Shown here piece after piece: positions 47,498 to 56,187 of a DNA stretch of 56,187 nucleotides. Where the stretch lies: NCBI GenBank assembly GCA_041497895.1, contig JBGQHJ010000012.1:1-56187 (forward strand), written 5' to 3'. The notes under the pieces were generated by a model, which saw only the letters and a program-made list of their open reading frames with translations, was not told the DNA's origin and did not search any database. This DNA is from Candidatus Methylomirabilia bacterium (GTDB lineage: Bacteria; Methylomirabilota; Methylomirabilia; Rokubacteriales; CSP1-6). The translations under genes and the position numbers were made by a program. How positions within the stretch are numbered: the stretch's first letter is position 1; every line of letters starts with the position of its first letter.

Positions 47498-49065
47498 TCG
47501 GCGTGCACCACCGCGCCGCCCACCAGGGAGAGCACCGGCGCGATCGAGGCGATCCGCTCGGCGGGACAGGTGAACACGTCCTCCGAGAGCGCGATCAGGT
47601 CGGCGCGCTTGCCGGGCTCGAGCGATCCGAGCTCGTCCTCGCGCCCGATCGACCGCGCGTTCCAGATGGTGAACGCGCGCACCGCCTCGTCGCGGGTCAT
47701 GCGCTGGGCGGGCTGCCAGCCCGGGTCCTCGCCCTCGCGCGGCGCCCGCGTGACCGCGGCGTGCATGCCGTGGAAGGGATTGGCGTCCTCCACCGGGAAA
47801 TCCGAGCCGCCCGCCAGGTAGGACCCGGAGTCGAGCACCGAGCGCCAGGCGTAGGCGCCCGCGAGCCGCTCGGGCCCCAGCCGCTCCCCGGCCCACCGCA
47901 TGTCGGAGGTGCAGTGCGTCGGCTGCATGCTCGGCACCACGCCCAGCCGGGCGAAGCGCGGGATGTCGGCCGGGGCCAGGATCTGGGCGTGCTCGACCCG
48001 CAGGCGCGGCCGCGGCCCGGCGCCGGCCAGCACCTGCTCGAACACGTCCAGCGCCAGGGTGTTGGCGCGGTCGCCGATCGCGTGGACCCAGACGTGGAAG
48101 CCGAGTGAGGTCGCCTCGCGGGTGAGCCGGAGCACCTCGTCCGGCGGCACCAGCACGAGGCCGGTATTGCCGGGATCGTCACAGTAGGGCGCGTGGAGCG
48201 CGGCGCCGCGCGAGCCGAGCGCGCCGTCGAGCCAGAGCTTGATCGCGCCCACCATCAGGTACCCGTCGCCCACCGACTCCGGCCGGCCGCGCTCGCGATA
48301 CCGCCCCCACGCCTTCTTGCCGCTGAGCGCGGCGAACACCCGGAACGGGAACCGGCCGCGGCCGATCAGGCGGGTGTACGAGGCAACCGCGGCCAGGTCG
48401 AGCCCGGGCTCGTGCGCGCCGGTGAGCCCCTTGGCCAGGCACTCCGCCACCACCGCCTCAACCGCCTCGTCGAAGCGGTCCTCGGAGGGCGGCGGCACGA
48501 GGCCGCGGATCAGGTCCTGCGCGAGATCGATCAGGAGCCCGGTCGGCTCGCCGCGCTCGTCCCTCACGACGCGCCCGCCCGCCGGGTCGCCGGAGGCGCG
48601 GGTGATGCCGGCGCGCTCGAGCGCGGCCCCGCTGGCCCACGTGGCGTGGCCGTCCACGCGCACCAGCGCCACCGGGTGGCCGGGCGCGGCACGATCCAGC
48701 GAGGCGCGGGTCGGGAAGGCCTGGCCCGGCCAGCGGGTCTGGTCCCAGCCCCGCCCGGCGATCCACTCCCCCGGCCGGAGCCGCGCGGCGGCCGCGGCCA
48801 CCATCCGCGCGAGCTCGTCCTCGGATCGAGCGCGGGTCAGGTCGAGCTCGAGCCGCGCGCGGGCGAGCAGCATGAGATGGCCGTGCGCGTCGACCAGGCC
48901 GGGCAGCACGGTGCGGCCGCCCAGGTCGACGGTGGCCTCGCGGGCGGCCGGGCTGACGTCGGCGCGCCACCCGGCGAAGGCCACCCGCCCGTCGCGGATC
49001 ACGACGGAGTCCACCACCGAGCCGGCGGCGTCCATCGTGTGGATCCGCCCGTTGGTCAGGAGCAC
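47425..49065 (-). CDS. Amidohydrolase family 3 (YtcJ-like)
   Basis: PGLVDAHGH, RVDGH, KLWLDGALGSRGA, HAIGD, RVEHAQ, GSDFPV, PGKRADL. Confidence 0.92.
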   Translation of the reverse strand: MLLTNGRIHTMDAAGSVVDSVVIRDGRVAFAGWRADVSPAAREATVDLGGRTVLPGLVDAHGHLMLLARARLELDLTRARSEDELARMVAAAAARLRPGEWIAGRGWDQTRWPGQAFPTRASLDRAAPGHPVALVRVDGHATWASGAALERAGITRASGDPAGGRVVRDERGEPTGLLIDLAQDLIRGLVPPPSEDRFDEAVEAVVAECLAKGLTGAHEPGLDLAAVASYTRLIGRGRFPFRVFAALSGKKAWGRYRERGRPESVGDGYLMVGAIKLWLDGALGSRGAALHAPYCDDPGNTGLVLVPPDEVLRLTREATSLGFHVWVHAIGDRANTLALDVFEQVLAGAGPRPRLRVEHAQILAPADIPRFARLGVVPSMQPTHCTSDMRWAGERLGPERLAGAYAWRSVLDSGSYLAGGSDFPVEDANPFHGMHAAVTRAPREGEDPGWQPAQRMTRDEAVRAFTIWNARSIGREDELGSLEPGKRADLIALSEDVFTCPAERIASIAPVLSLVGGAVVHADQEVAASFPTSRTRSGRSTSDTSE

Positions 49066-49083
49066 GGCGCGGGCTTGGCGGGC

Positions 49084-49935
49084 TCAGACCAGCGTGAAGC
49101 GGGAGGGCGCGCCGGCGATGGTCTCCTCGCTCACCCGCCCCTCGCCCTTGAGCTTGCGCAGATGCGAGTGCACCGACATGGCGGCCACGCGGTGGAGCCG
49201 GGTGTCGACGTCGGCGTAGATCACCTTGACGATCTCCGGGATGGTCAGCGGGCCGCCGCCGAGCGTCTCGAGGATCTGGCGCTCGCGGAGCAGCCGGTGG
49301 TCGATGAACTCCTGGATCTTGCCCGGCCCGTCCTCGATCACCGGCCCGTGCGCGGGATAGATGCGCCGCACCCCGAGATCCTGCACGCGCTTGAGCGATT
49401 CCATGTAGAGCGCGAGGTCGCCGTCCTCGTCCGGGATCACGGTGGTGGAGCCGTTCAGGATGAGGTCGCCGCTGAAGAGGGCGCGCTCCTCCTGGAGGAA
49501 GAAGCAGAGGTGGTCGGAGGCGTGGCCCGGGGTGTGGACCGGGATCAGGGTGACCCCGTCGCCCTCCACGGTCTCGCCGTCCTGCAGCATCTCCACGTCC
49601 TCCGGGAGACCCGAGTCCCGATAGATCATCTTGGAGACCGGCACTCCCGGGAACAGCTCGCGGAGCTGGGCGACGCCGCCCAGGTGATCGCGGTGGCGAT
49701 GGGTCAGGATGATGCGCTCGGGCCGTCGCCAGCCGCGCTGGCGGAGATAGCGCTGGAAGAGCGCGGGATAGTCGGCCTCGCCCGCGCCGGTGTCGACCAG
49801 GATCGGATGCGCGCGGCCGACCAGATAGGTGTTGGTGCCGGGCCCGGTCATCATGCCGGGATTGAGCCCGAGCACGCGGCCGACCAGGTCGCTCGGCGTG
49901 GCGCTCTTGGGAAAGCTCGGATCGATCCAGCTCAT
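49084..49935 (-). CDS. MBL-fold metallo-hydrolase (LACTB2-like)
   Basis: NPGMMTGPGTNTY, THRHRDH, HTPGH, SGD, YPAHG, C-terminal winged-helix-like segment. Confidence 0.92.
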   Translation of the reverse strand: MSWIDPSFPKSATPSDLVGRVLGLNPGMMTGPGTNTYLVGRAHPILVDTGAGEADYPALFQRYLRQRGWRRPERIILTHRHRDHLGGVAQLRELFPGVPVSKMIYRDSGLPEDVEMLQDGETVEGDGVTLIPVHTPGHASDHLCFFLQEERALFSGDLILNGSTTVIPDEDGDLALYMESLKRVQDLGVRRIYPAHGPVIEDGPGKIQEFIDHRLLRERQILETLGGGPLTIPEIVKVIYADVDTRLHRVAAMSVHSHLRKLKGEGRVSEETIAGAPSRFTLV

Positions 49936-50036
49936 GGGCCCGAGTGTAGCATCCCGCCGCGGGCCTTGCGGGGCCCCGGCTCATCGGAGTATAAGCGTGC
50001 CCAGACACCGCCGTCATCAATCGCGGGAGGCCCCTC

Positions 50037-51032
50037 ATGGTCCGGAGCATTGCACTCGTCGTGGCGGTCGTGCTCGGGCTCGTGTCGCCCGCGCCCGCCC
50101 AGGTCGTCACCCTCAAGCTCGCCACCATCGTCGGCAACGACAACCCCTTCACGACGTCCGCGTACAAGTTCAAGGAGATCGCCGAGGCCAAGAGCGGCGG
50201 CCGCATCAAGGTAGAGGTCTACCCGGCGGGCCAGCTCACCAAGAACGAGATCGTGGCCATCGAGGGCATGCAGCTCGGCACGGTGGACATCGCCGCGGTG
50301 TCACTGCCCTCCGCGGGCGGCAAGTTCGACCCGCGGCTGCTCGCCAACGACGTGCCGTTCCTCTACCAGAGCCGCGAGCACGTGTGGCGGGTGATGGACG
50401 GCCCGGTCGGCAAGGAGATGCTCCAGTACTTCGAGCCGCTGGGGGCCAAGGGCTTCTGCTACGGCGGCGGCTTCGGCTTCCGCGGCGTGCTCTCGAACAA
50501 GCGGCCGGTGTTCGTGCCCGACGATCTCAAGGGCCAGACCATCCGCGTCCCCCCCATCCCCACCCTGGTCGAGGTCTTCAAGCAGTTCGGAGCCAACCCG
50601 GTGCCGATGATCTGGGGCGAGGTCTACATGGCGGTCCGGCAGGGCACGGTGGACGGGCTCGAGCTGCCGGTGACCACCGCGGTCTCCGACAAGTTCCACG
50701 AGATCACCAAGTACTACTCGAAGACGCTCCACTCCTACCCGGCCGCCGCATGGCTGATGGCCAAGGCCAAGTACGACGGCCTTCCCGCCGACCTCAAGAA
50801 GGTGATCGACGAGACCATGACCGCCTCCTGCGCGCAGCATCGCCAGGACGAGGTCAAGGCGGAGATCGAGGGCCTCGCGATCATGAAGGCCAAGGGCGTG
50901 CAGATCAACGACGTGAAAGACCTGAAACTCTTCCAGGAGCGCGCCCGGCCGGTGTGGACGTTCCTCGAGCAGAAGGCGGGCAAGGAGCTGGTCGGGCGGG
51001 TCATCGCGGAAGCGCGCGCCGCGGCCAAGTAG
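50037..51032 (+). CDS. dctP: TRAP transporter substrate-binding protein
   Basis: Signal peptide, SGGRIKVEVYP, GFR, DLKGQTIRVP, WGEVY..QGTVDG. Confidence 0.92.
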   Translation: MVRSIALVVAVVLGLVSPAPAQVVTLKLATIVGNDNPFTTSAYKFKEIAEAKSGGRIKVEVYPAGQLTKNEIVAIEGMQLGTVDIAAVSLPSAGGKFDPRLLANDVPFLYQSREHVWRVMDGPVGKEMLQYFEPLGAKGFCYGGGFGFRGVLSNKRPVFVPDDLKGQTIRVPPIPTLVEVFKQFGANPVPMIWGEVYMAVRQGTVDGLELPVTTAVSDKFHEITKYYSKTLHSYPAAAWLMAKAKYDGLPADLKKVIDETMTASCAQHRQDEVKAEIEGLAIMKAKGVQINDVKDLKLFQERARPVWTFLEQKAGKELVGRVIAEARAAAK

Positions 51033-51033
51033 C

Positions 51034-51474
51034 GTGCTCGTCGAGTGGGTCTGCCTGGGGCTGATGTCGGCCCTGGTGGTCGACGTCTTCCTGGGCGTCT
51101 TCAGCCGCTACGTGCTCCACGCGACCTTCCAGTGGTACGACGAGGTCGCGCGGCTCTGCTTCGTGTGGATGGTGTTCCTGGGCGCGGCCACCGCGGTGCG
51201 CCACGGGGCCCACTTCCGCCTTCACCTGCTGATCGACCGCTTCGGCCCGGGGGCGCGGCGCGCGACCGACCTGGTGGTCGGCTTCCTGGTGGTCGGCTTC
51301 GGCGCGGTGCTGGTGGCGGGCGGCATCGCGCTCTGGCCGGTGGCGCGACGGCAGGTGTCGGACTCGCTCGAGCTGTCGATGGTGTGGTTCTACGGGGCCC
51401 TGCCGGTGGGCGGCGCCCTCATGATCCTGTTCTCTCTCCCACAGCTCTGGCGCCTGGTCGCGGGCCGCCGATGA
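51034..51474 (+). CDS. dctQ: TRAP transporter small permease
   Basis: VFSRYV, WYDEVAR..FVWMVFLG, HFRL; 4 TM segments. Confidence 0.9.
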   Translation: MLVEWVCLGLMSALVVDVFLGVFSRYVLHATFQWYDEVARLCFVWMVFLGAATAVRHGAHFRLHLLIDRFGPGARRATDLVVGFLVVGFGAVLVAGGIALWPVARRQVSDSLELSMVWFYGALPVGGALMILFSLPQLWRLVAGRR

Positions 51475-52748
51475 TCCTGGTCAGCGTCGTCTTCCTGCTG
51501 CTCCTCGCCGTCGGGGTGCCGGTGGCGGTGACGGTGGGACTGGCCGGCTACCTGGGCGCGATCCTGGCCTCGCCCGCCCCGCTCGCGGTCACCGTGCAGA
51601 CCATCCTCCACCAGGTGGACTCGTTCGTCCTGCTCTCCCTGCCGCTGTTCATCCTGGCCGGCGCGCTCATGGAGACCGGCGGCATCGCGCATCGCCTGGT
51701 GCGGCTGGCGGTGGCCCTGGTCGGCTGGGTGCGCGGCGGCCTCGGCATGGCGGTGGTGGCGGCCGAGTACATCTTCTCCGGGATCTCGGGCTCGACGGTG
51801 GCCGACGTCTCCGCGGTGGCCGCCACCACCATCCCGGGCATGGTGCGCGCGGGCTACAGCAAGGAGCTGGCGGTCGCGGTGGTCTCGGCCGCCTCCGCGA
51901 TGGGCATCCTGGTGCCGCCGTGCATCCTCATGATCGTGATCGGCTCGGTGGCGAGCCTCTCGGTCGCCGCCCTCTTCACCGCGGGTTTCCTGCCCGCGAT
52001 CGTGATGGCGCTGGTGCTCATGGGCTACATCTGGCGCACCGCCGGCCGCATCGGCATCGCGGCCGAGCCGCGGCCGACCCCGCGCGAGCTCGTCACCGCG
52101 TTCCGTCAGGCCCTCATCCCGCTCGGCATGCCCGCGATCATCTTCGGCGGCATCCTGGGCGGCATCATGACTCCGACCGAGGCCTCGGTGCTCGCCGTGA
52201 TCTACGCGGCGGTGGTCGGGCTCTTCGTCTACCGGGAGATCAAGTGGTCGGCGCTGCCGGGCCTGGTCATGCACGCGGCGATGATCACCGGCGCGGTGGG
52301 GCTGCTGCTCGGCACCGCGGGGGTCATCTCCTGGTTCCTGACCGTGCAGCAGATGCCGGCCGCGATGATCCGGCTCATGACGGTGGTGCCGGGCAGCAGC
52401 CTCGTCTTCCTCTTCCTCACCGCGGCCATCTTCATCTTCTTCGGCGCGGTGATCGAGGGGCTGCCCGCGGTGGTGATCCTGCTGCCGAGCCTCCTCCCGG
52501 TGGCGAGCGGCCTCGGGATCGACCCCATCCACTACGCGATCGTGATCGTGGCCGCCGTCGGCATCGGCCTCTTCCTGCCGCCGATCGGGGTGGGGCTCTT
52601 CATCGCGTGCGGGATCGCCGACCTCTCGGTGGACCGGGCCACCCGCGCGATGCTGCCGTTCATCCTGGTCCTCGTGGTCGGCCTCGTGATCGTCATCCTG
52701 GTCCCCGAGATCACGCTCGCGCTGCCCCGCCTCTTCCGCCTCCTCTGA
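51471..52748 (+). CDS. dctM: TRAP transporter large permease
   Basis: LPLFILAG, FSGISGS, ILVPP, TPTEAS, GIDPIH, PPIG. Confidence 0.93.
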   Translation: MILVSVVFLLLLAVGVPVAVTVGLAGYLGAILASPAPLAVTVQTILHQVDSFVLLSLPLFILAGALMETGGIAHRLVRLAVALVGWVRGGLGMAVVAAEYIFSGISGSTVADVSAVAATTIPGMVRAGYSKELAVAVVSAASAMGILVPPCILMIVIGSVASLSVAALFTAGFLPAIVMALVLMGYIWRTAGRIGIAAEPRPTPRELVTAFRQALIPLGMPAIIFGGILGGIMTPTEASVLAVIYAAVVGLFVYREIKWSALPGLVMHAAMITGAVGLLLGTAGVISWFLTVQQMPAAMIRLMTVVPGSSLVFLFLTAAIFIFFGAVIEGLPAVVILLPSLLPVASGLGIDPIHYAIVIVAAVGIGLFLPPIGVGLFIACGIADLSVDRATRAMLPFILVLVVGLVIVILVPEITLALPRLFRLL

Positions 52749-52783
52749 CCTCTCCCTCTCCCCTCAGGGGGAGAGGGAGAGGT
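52748..52783. repeat. 16-bp perfect hairpin (REP-like / bidirectional terminator) between convergent operons
   Basis: acctctccctctcccc-tcag-ggggagagggagaggt. Confidence 0.75.
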
Positions 52784-52787
52784 GTGG

Positions 52788-53477
52788 TCACGCGACGCCC
52801 AGGTACCGCCGCTTGACCTCCTCGTCGGCCTCGAGGCCCGCGGGCGTGCCTTCCCAGACGATCTGGCCCTTGCTCATCACGTAGACCCGGTCGGCCACCC
52901 GGAGCGCGAGGTGGTAGTTCTGCTCGACGAGCAGGAGCGACAGGCGCTCCGCCTTGAGCGCGAGGAGAATGCCTCCGATCTCGCGCACGATCATGGGCGC
53001 CAGGCCCTCGGAGGGCTCGTCGAGCAGGATCAGGCGGCTGTTCGTGAGCAGGGCGCGACCGATGGCGAGCATCTGCTGCTCGCCGCCCGACAGGGTGCCG
53101 CCCGACTGCTGCTCGCGCTCGCGGAGCCGGGGAAACAACGAGTAGATCCGCTCGAGGGTGAAGCCCGGCGCCCGCGCGCCCAGCAGCAGGTTCTCGCGCA
53201 CCGAGAGCGGGGCGAAGATGCGCCGGCCCTGCGGGACCAGGGCGAGCCCGCGCCGGGCGATGCGGTAGGCGGGCCAGCGCTCGATCGCCTGGCCCTCGAA
53301 CATCACCCGGCCCGCGCGCGGCGGCGTGAAGCCCACGATGCTCCGGATCGCGGTGGTCTTGCCCGCCCCGTTGCGGCCGAGAACGGCGACCGCCTCCCCC
53401 GCCCCCACCCGCAGCGAGACGCCGTGCAGCACGTGGCTGTCGCCGTAGTAGGTGTGGATAGCCTCGACGTCGAGCAT
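52788..53477 (-). CDS. livF: Branched-chain amino acid ABC ATP-binding protein (LivF-like)
   Basis: GRNGAGKTT, LSGGEQQM, LDEPSEGLAP, EQN. Confidence 0.92.
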   Translation of the reverse strand: MLDVEAIHTYYGDSHVLHGVSLRVGAGEAVAVLGRNGAGKTTAIRSIVGFTPPRAGRVMFEGQAIERWPAYRIARRGLALVPQGRRIFAPLSVRENLLLGARAPGFTLERIYSLFPRLREREQQSGGTLSGGEQQMLAIGRALLTNSRLILLDEPSEGLAPMIVREIGGILLALKAERLSLLLVEQNYHLALRVADRVYVMSKGQIVWEGTPAGLEADEEVKRRYLGVA

Positions 53478-53479
53478 GC

Positions 53480-54226
53480 TCAGGCGTGCCCCAGGTAGAC
53501 CTCGTACACGCGCGGGTCGGCCTTCACCTCGGCGAAGGTGCCCTCGGTGAGCACCTCGCCGTAGTGCAGCACCGTCACCCGGTCGGCCAGCGAGCCCACC
53601 ACGTCCATGTCGTGCTCGATGATCAGCAGCGTCACGTCGCGCGGCAGCGCCTCCAGCATGCGCGTCATCCGCTGGGTCTCCTCGGGCGACATGCCGGCGG
53701 TCGGCTCGTCGAGCATCAGCAGCCGCGGCGAGGTGGCGAGCGCCACCCCCACCTCGAGCTGGCGCTGCTCGCCGTAGGAGAGGCGGCCGGCCGGCTCGTC
53801 GAGCCGCTCGGCCAGGCCCACGACCCCGGCCACCTCCCGCGCCCGATCGAGCGGACCGCGTCGGCGCTCGACGCTCCCGAGCAGGTCCCAGGTGCCGGGC
53901 GTGCCGGCGGCCGCGGCCAGCCGCAGGTTCTCCCGGACCGCGAGCCGCGGGAAGAGATTGTTGCGCTGGAACGAGCGCGAGACGCCGCGGCGGGCCACCG
54001 CGTGCGGGGCGAGGCCGTCGATCGGCGCGCCCTCGAGCCGGATGCGTCCTCCCGTCGGCCGGAGCTCGCCGGTGATGACGTTGAACAGCGTCGTCTTGCC
54101 GGCCCCGTTGGGCCCGATGATGGCCCGGCGCTCGCGCGGCGCGACCGAGAAGGACACGCGGTTGAGCGCGGTCAGCGCCCCGAAGGCGCGGCTCAGGTCC
54201 TCGACGGCCAGCAGCGGCGGCGTCAC
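53480..54226 (-). CDS. livG: Branched-chain amino acid ABC ATP-binding protein (LivG-like)
   Basis: GPNGAGKTT, LSYGEQR, LDEPTAG, EHDM, VYLG; GTG start overlaps the livM stop. Confidence 0.92.
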   Translation of the reverse strand: MTPPLLAVEDLSRAFGALTALNRVSFSVAPRERRAIIGPNGAGKTTLFNVITGELRPTGGRIRLEGAPIDGLAPHAVARRGVSRSFQRNNLFPRLAVRENLRLAAAAGTPGTWDLLGSVERRRGPLDRAREVAGVVGLAERLDEPAGRLSYGEQRQLEVGVALATSPRLLMLDEPTAGMSPEETQRMTRMLEALPRDVTLLIIEHDMDVVGSLADRVTVLHYGEVLTEGTFAEVKADPRVYEVYLGHA

Positions 54227-55146
54227 GCGCGGAGCCCCACGCGCCCGCGCAGCGCGCCCACGAGACCGCCCGGCACGAAGAGCACGAACAGGATGAAGGT
54301 CGCGCCCAGGATCAACATCCAGCGCTCGGTGTAGGTGCTGACCAGGCTCTGCAGCAGGATGAAGGCGGCCGCGCCCAGCATTGCTCCGCCGAGGGTGCCG
54401 GTGCCGCCGATGATCACCATCAGCAGCGCCTCGCCGGAGGTCTTCCAGAAGAATGCGTCCGGGGTGATCGAGCCGTTGAACTGGGTGTAGAGCGAGCCGG
54501 CGACGCCCGCGACGACCCCGGCGATGACGAAGGCCAGCAGCTTGTAGCGGTCGACCGCGTAGCCCACCGCCCGCATGCGCGCTTCGTTCTCGTGGATGCC
54601 GCGCAGCACGTGGCCGAACGGCGAGTGGACGACGCGCCAGAGGGCGAGCGCGGTCAGGACCACCAGCACGAGCAGGTAGGCGTGAAACCCGGTGAGGCTC
54701 GCCAGCGCGAGCCCCGGCACCGCCGGGCGCGGGACGCCGACCAGCCCGTCCTCGGCGCCGAGCCACGAGACCTGGAAGGTGTAGGCGTGGAACATCTGCG
54801 AGAAGGCCAGGGTGAGCATGATGAAGTACACCCCGCCCACCCGGATCGAGAAGAAGCCGATCACGAGAGCGGCGAGGCCGGCCGCCACCGCGGGCAGCAC
54901 CAGCGCCGAGACCAGGCCCGGGCTCCGGGCGAGCGCGAGCGCGGCCACGTAGCCGCCGACGCCGAAGAAGGCGGAGTGGCCGAAGGAGACCATGCCCGCG
55001 TAGCCCATCAGCAGATCGAGGCTCATCGCGAAGACGCCCCAGATGAGGATTTCCTGGAGCAGCTTCACCGGATAGGGCCCCGCCCCGAGCGGGAACAGGG
55101 CCAGCGCCGCCACCACCACCGCGAAGGCGAGCAGCCGGAGCTTCAC
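54223..55146 (-). CDS. livM: Branched-chain amino acid ABC permease (LivM-like)
   Basis: GMVSFGHSAFFG, YFIMLTLAF, SPFG..IHENE, IIGGTGT. Confidence 0.92.
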   Translation of the reverse strand: MKLRLLAFAVVVAALALFPLGAGPYPVKLLQEILIWGVFAMSLDLLMGYAGMVSFGHSAFFGVGGYVAALALARSPGLVSALVLPAVAAGLAALVIGFFSIRVGGVYFIMLTLAFSQMFHAYTFQVSWLGAEDGLVGVPRPAVPGLALASLTGFHAYLLVLVVLTALALWRVVHSPFGHVLRGIHENEARMRAVGYAVDRYKLLAFVIAGVVAGVAGSLYTQFNGSITPDAFFWKTSGEALLMVIIGGTGTLGGAMLGAAAFILLQSLVSTYTERWMLILGATFILFVLFVPGGLVGALRGRVGLRA

Positions 55147-56009
55147 TTGAGCGGGCGCCCGAACAGCCCCTGGGGGCGGACCAGCACCACGACGGCCATC
55201 ACGATGTAGATGATCAGCATGGCCGCCTCGGGCAGCCGCGCCTTCCCGAAGGTCTCGGCCTGGCCGATGATGAGGCTGCCGATCAGCGAGCCCTTGAGGC
55301 TACCGAGGCCGCCCACCACCACCACGATCAGGGCCGGGACCAGGATGGTCACACCCATGGACGGGTAGGCCGACTGGATCGGCCCCGCGATGACGCCGGA
55401 GAGGCCGCCGAGCGCGGCGCCGAAGGCGAACACCGCGGTGAACACGCGGTGGATGTTGATCCCGAGGCCGGCGGTCATCTCGGCGTCGAAGACGCCGGCG
55501 CGGATGACCGCGCCGAGGCGCGTCCGCTCGATCAGCAAGAAGAGCAGCCCCGCCATCACCAGGCCGAACACGATCACGAAGAGCCGGTAGGACGGGATGA
55601 CCGCGCCCAGCACCGAGACCGAGCCGGAGAAGAGATCGGGCGGCGGGATCGAGCGGATGCGCCCGCCCCAGATCCACTTCACGAGATCCTCGAACAGGTA
55701 GATGAAGCCGAACGTCAGCAGGACCTGATCGAGGGGCGGCCGCCGGTAGAGAGGGCGGAGACACGAGCGCTCGATGAGCGCCCCGATCAGCCCGACCGCG
55801 AGCGGGGCGACCAGCAGGGCCAGCCAGAAATTGCCGGTGGCCGCGATCAGCGAGAGCCCCGCGTAGGCCCCGAGCATGTAGAACGACCCGTGCGCGAGAT
55901 TGACCACGTCGAGCATCCCGAAGATCAGCGTGAGCCCGACCGACAGCAGGAACAGCAACACCCCGTACGCAAGCCCGTTCAACGCCTGCGCGAAGATATC
56001 AACGGGCAT
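55143..56009 (-). CDS. livH: Branched-chain amino acid ABC permease (LivH-like)
   Basis: GLTLIFG..VNLAHG, TRLGAVIRA, VVGGLGS, RPQGLFG. Confidence 0.92.
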   Translation of the reverse strand: MPVDIFAQALNGLAYGVLLFLLSVGLTLIFGMLDVVNLAHGSFYMLGAYAGLSLIAATGNFWLALLVAPLAVGLIGALIERSCLRPLYRRPPLDQVLLTFGFIYLFEDLVKWIWGGRIRSIPPPDLFSGSVSVLGAVIPSYRLFVIVFGLVMAGLLFLLIERTRLGAVIRAGVFDAEMTAGLGINIHRVFTAVFAFGAALGGLSGVIAGPIQSAYPSMGVTILVPALIVVVVGGLGSLKGSLIGSLIIGQAETFGKARLPEAAMLIIYIVMAVVVLVRPQGLFGRPLK

Positions 56010-56187
56010 CGGCTACGCGCAGGTCGGCGACGCTCGTGGCGGAGCCAGGGGCGGCGGCCGCCCCGGGGGGGGCCGTTGCCGGGGGTTGGTTAAACCAACA
56101 AGGGGAGCCCCCCCCCCCCGGCGCGGCGCCGCCGGAGCCAGGCCCAGCGGGCCACCCCATCCCCGTGGTCAAAACACGGGATATAAA

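Noticed and set aside
1..56187. CRISPR arrays, tRNA/rRNA genes, transposases, integrases, prophage genes
   Set aside because: No regularly spaced repeats, cloverleafs or corresponding protein motifs were found by eye.

Overview
This is a very GC-rich, gene-dense bacterial chromosomal segment. Gene content and style suggest Candidatus Rokubacteria/Methylomirabilota (inference). It holds about 55 CDS: two branched-chain amino-acid ABC clusters at the window ends, a peptide-type ABC set and a TRAP transporter; proteostasis genes (ftsH, degP/Q, dnaJ, clpB, PAC2-family); and hydrolases (M20, acetamidase, hydantoinase/oxoprolinase A+B, GGT, PuuD-like, amidohydrolase, MBL). There is also an ECF sigma/anti-sigma pair beside cupredoxin and metallophosphoesterase genes. 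I found no rRNA, tRNA, CRISPR array or transposase. The best candidate for an undescribed system is a translationally coupled bacillithiol-like operon (17012-23942): a large signal-peptide-bearing PIG-L deacetylase, a small membrane protein, a Na+/solute symporter, a half-size BshC-like protein, BshA and an exported DinB. This suggests an extracytoplasmic thiol detoxification/recycling loop. Other notable items are an ~800-aa GAF protein with a cryptic, split class III nucleotide-cyclase-like domain, two long structured intergenic elements (11020-11192 and 12650-12781), back-to-back palindromic ECF promoters and many leaderless promoters. Several single-base lesions and a garbled right end suggest imperfect assembly quality.
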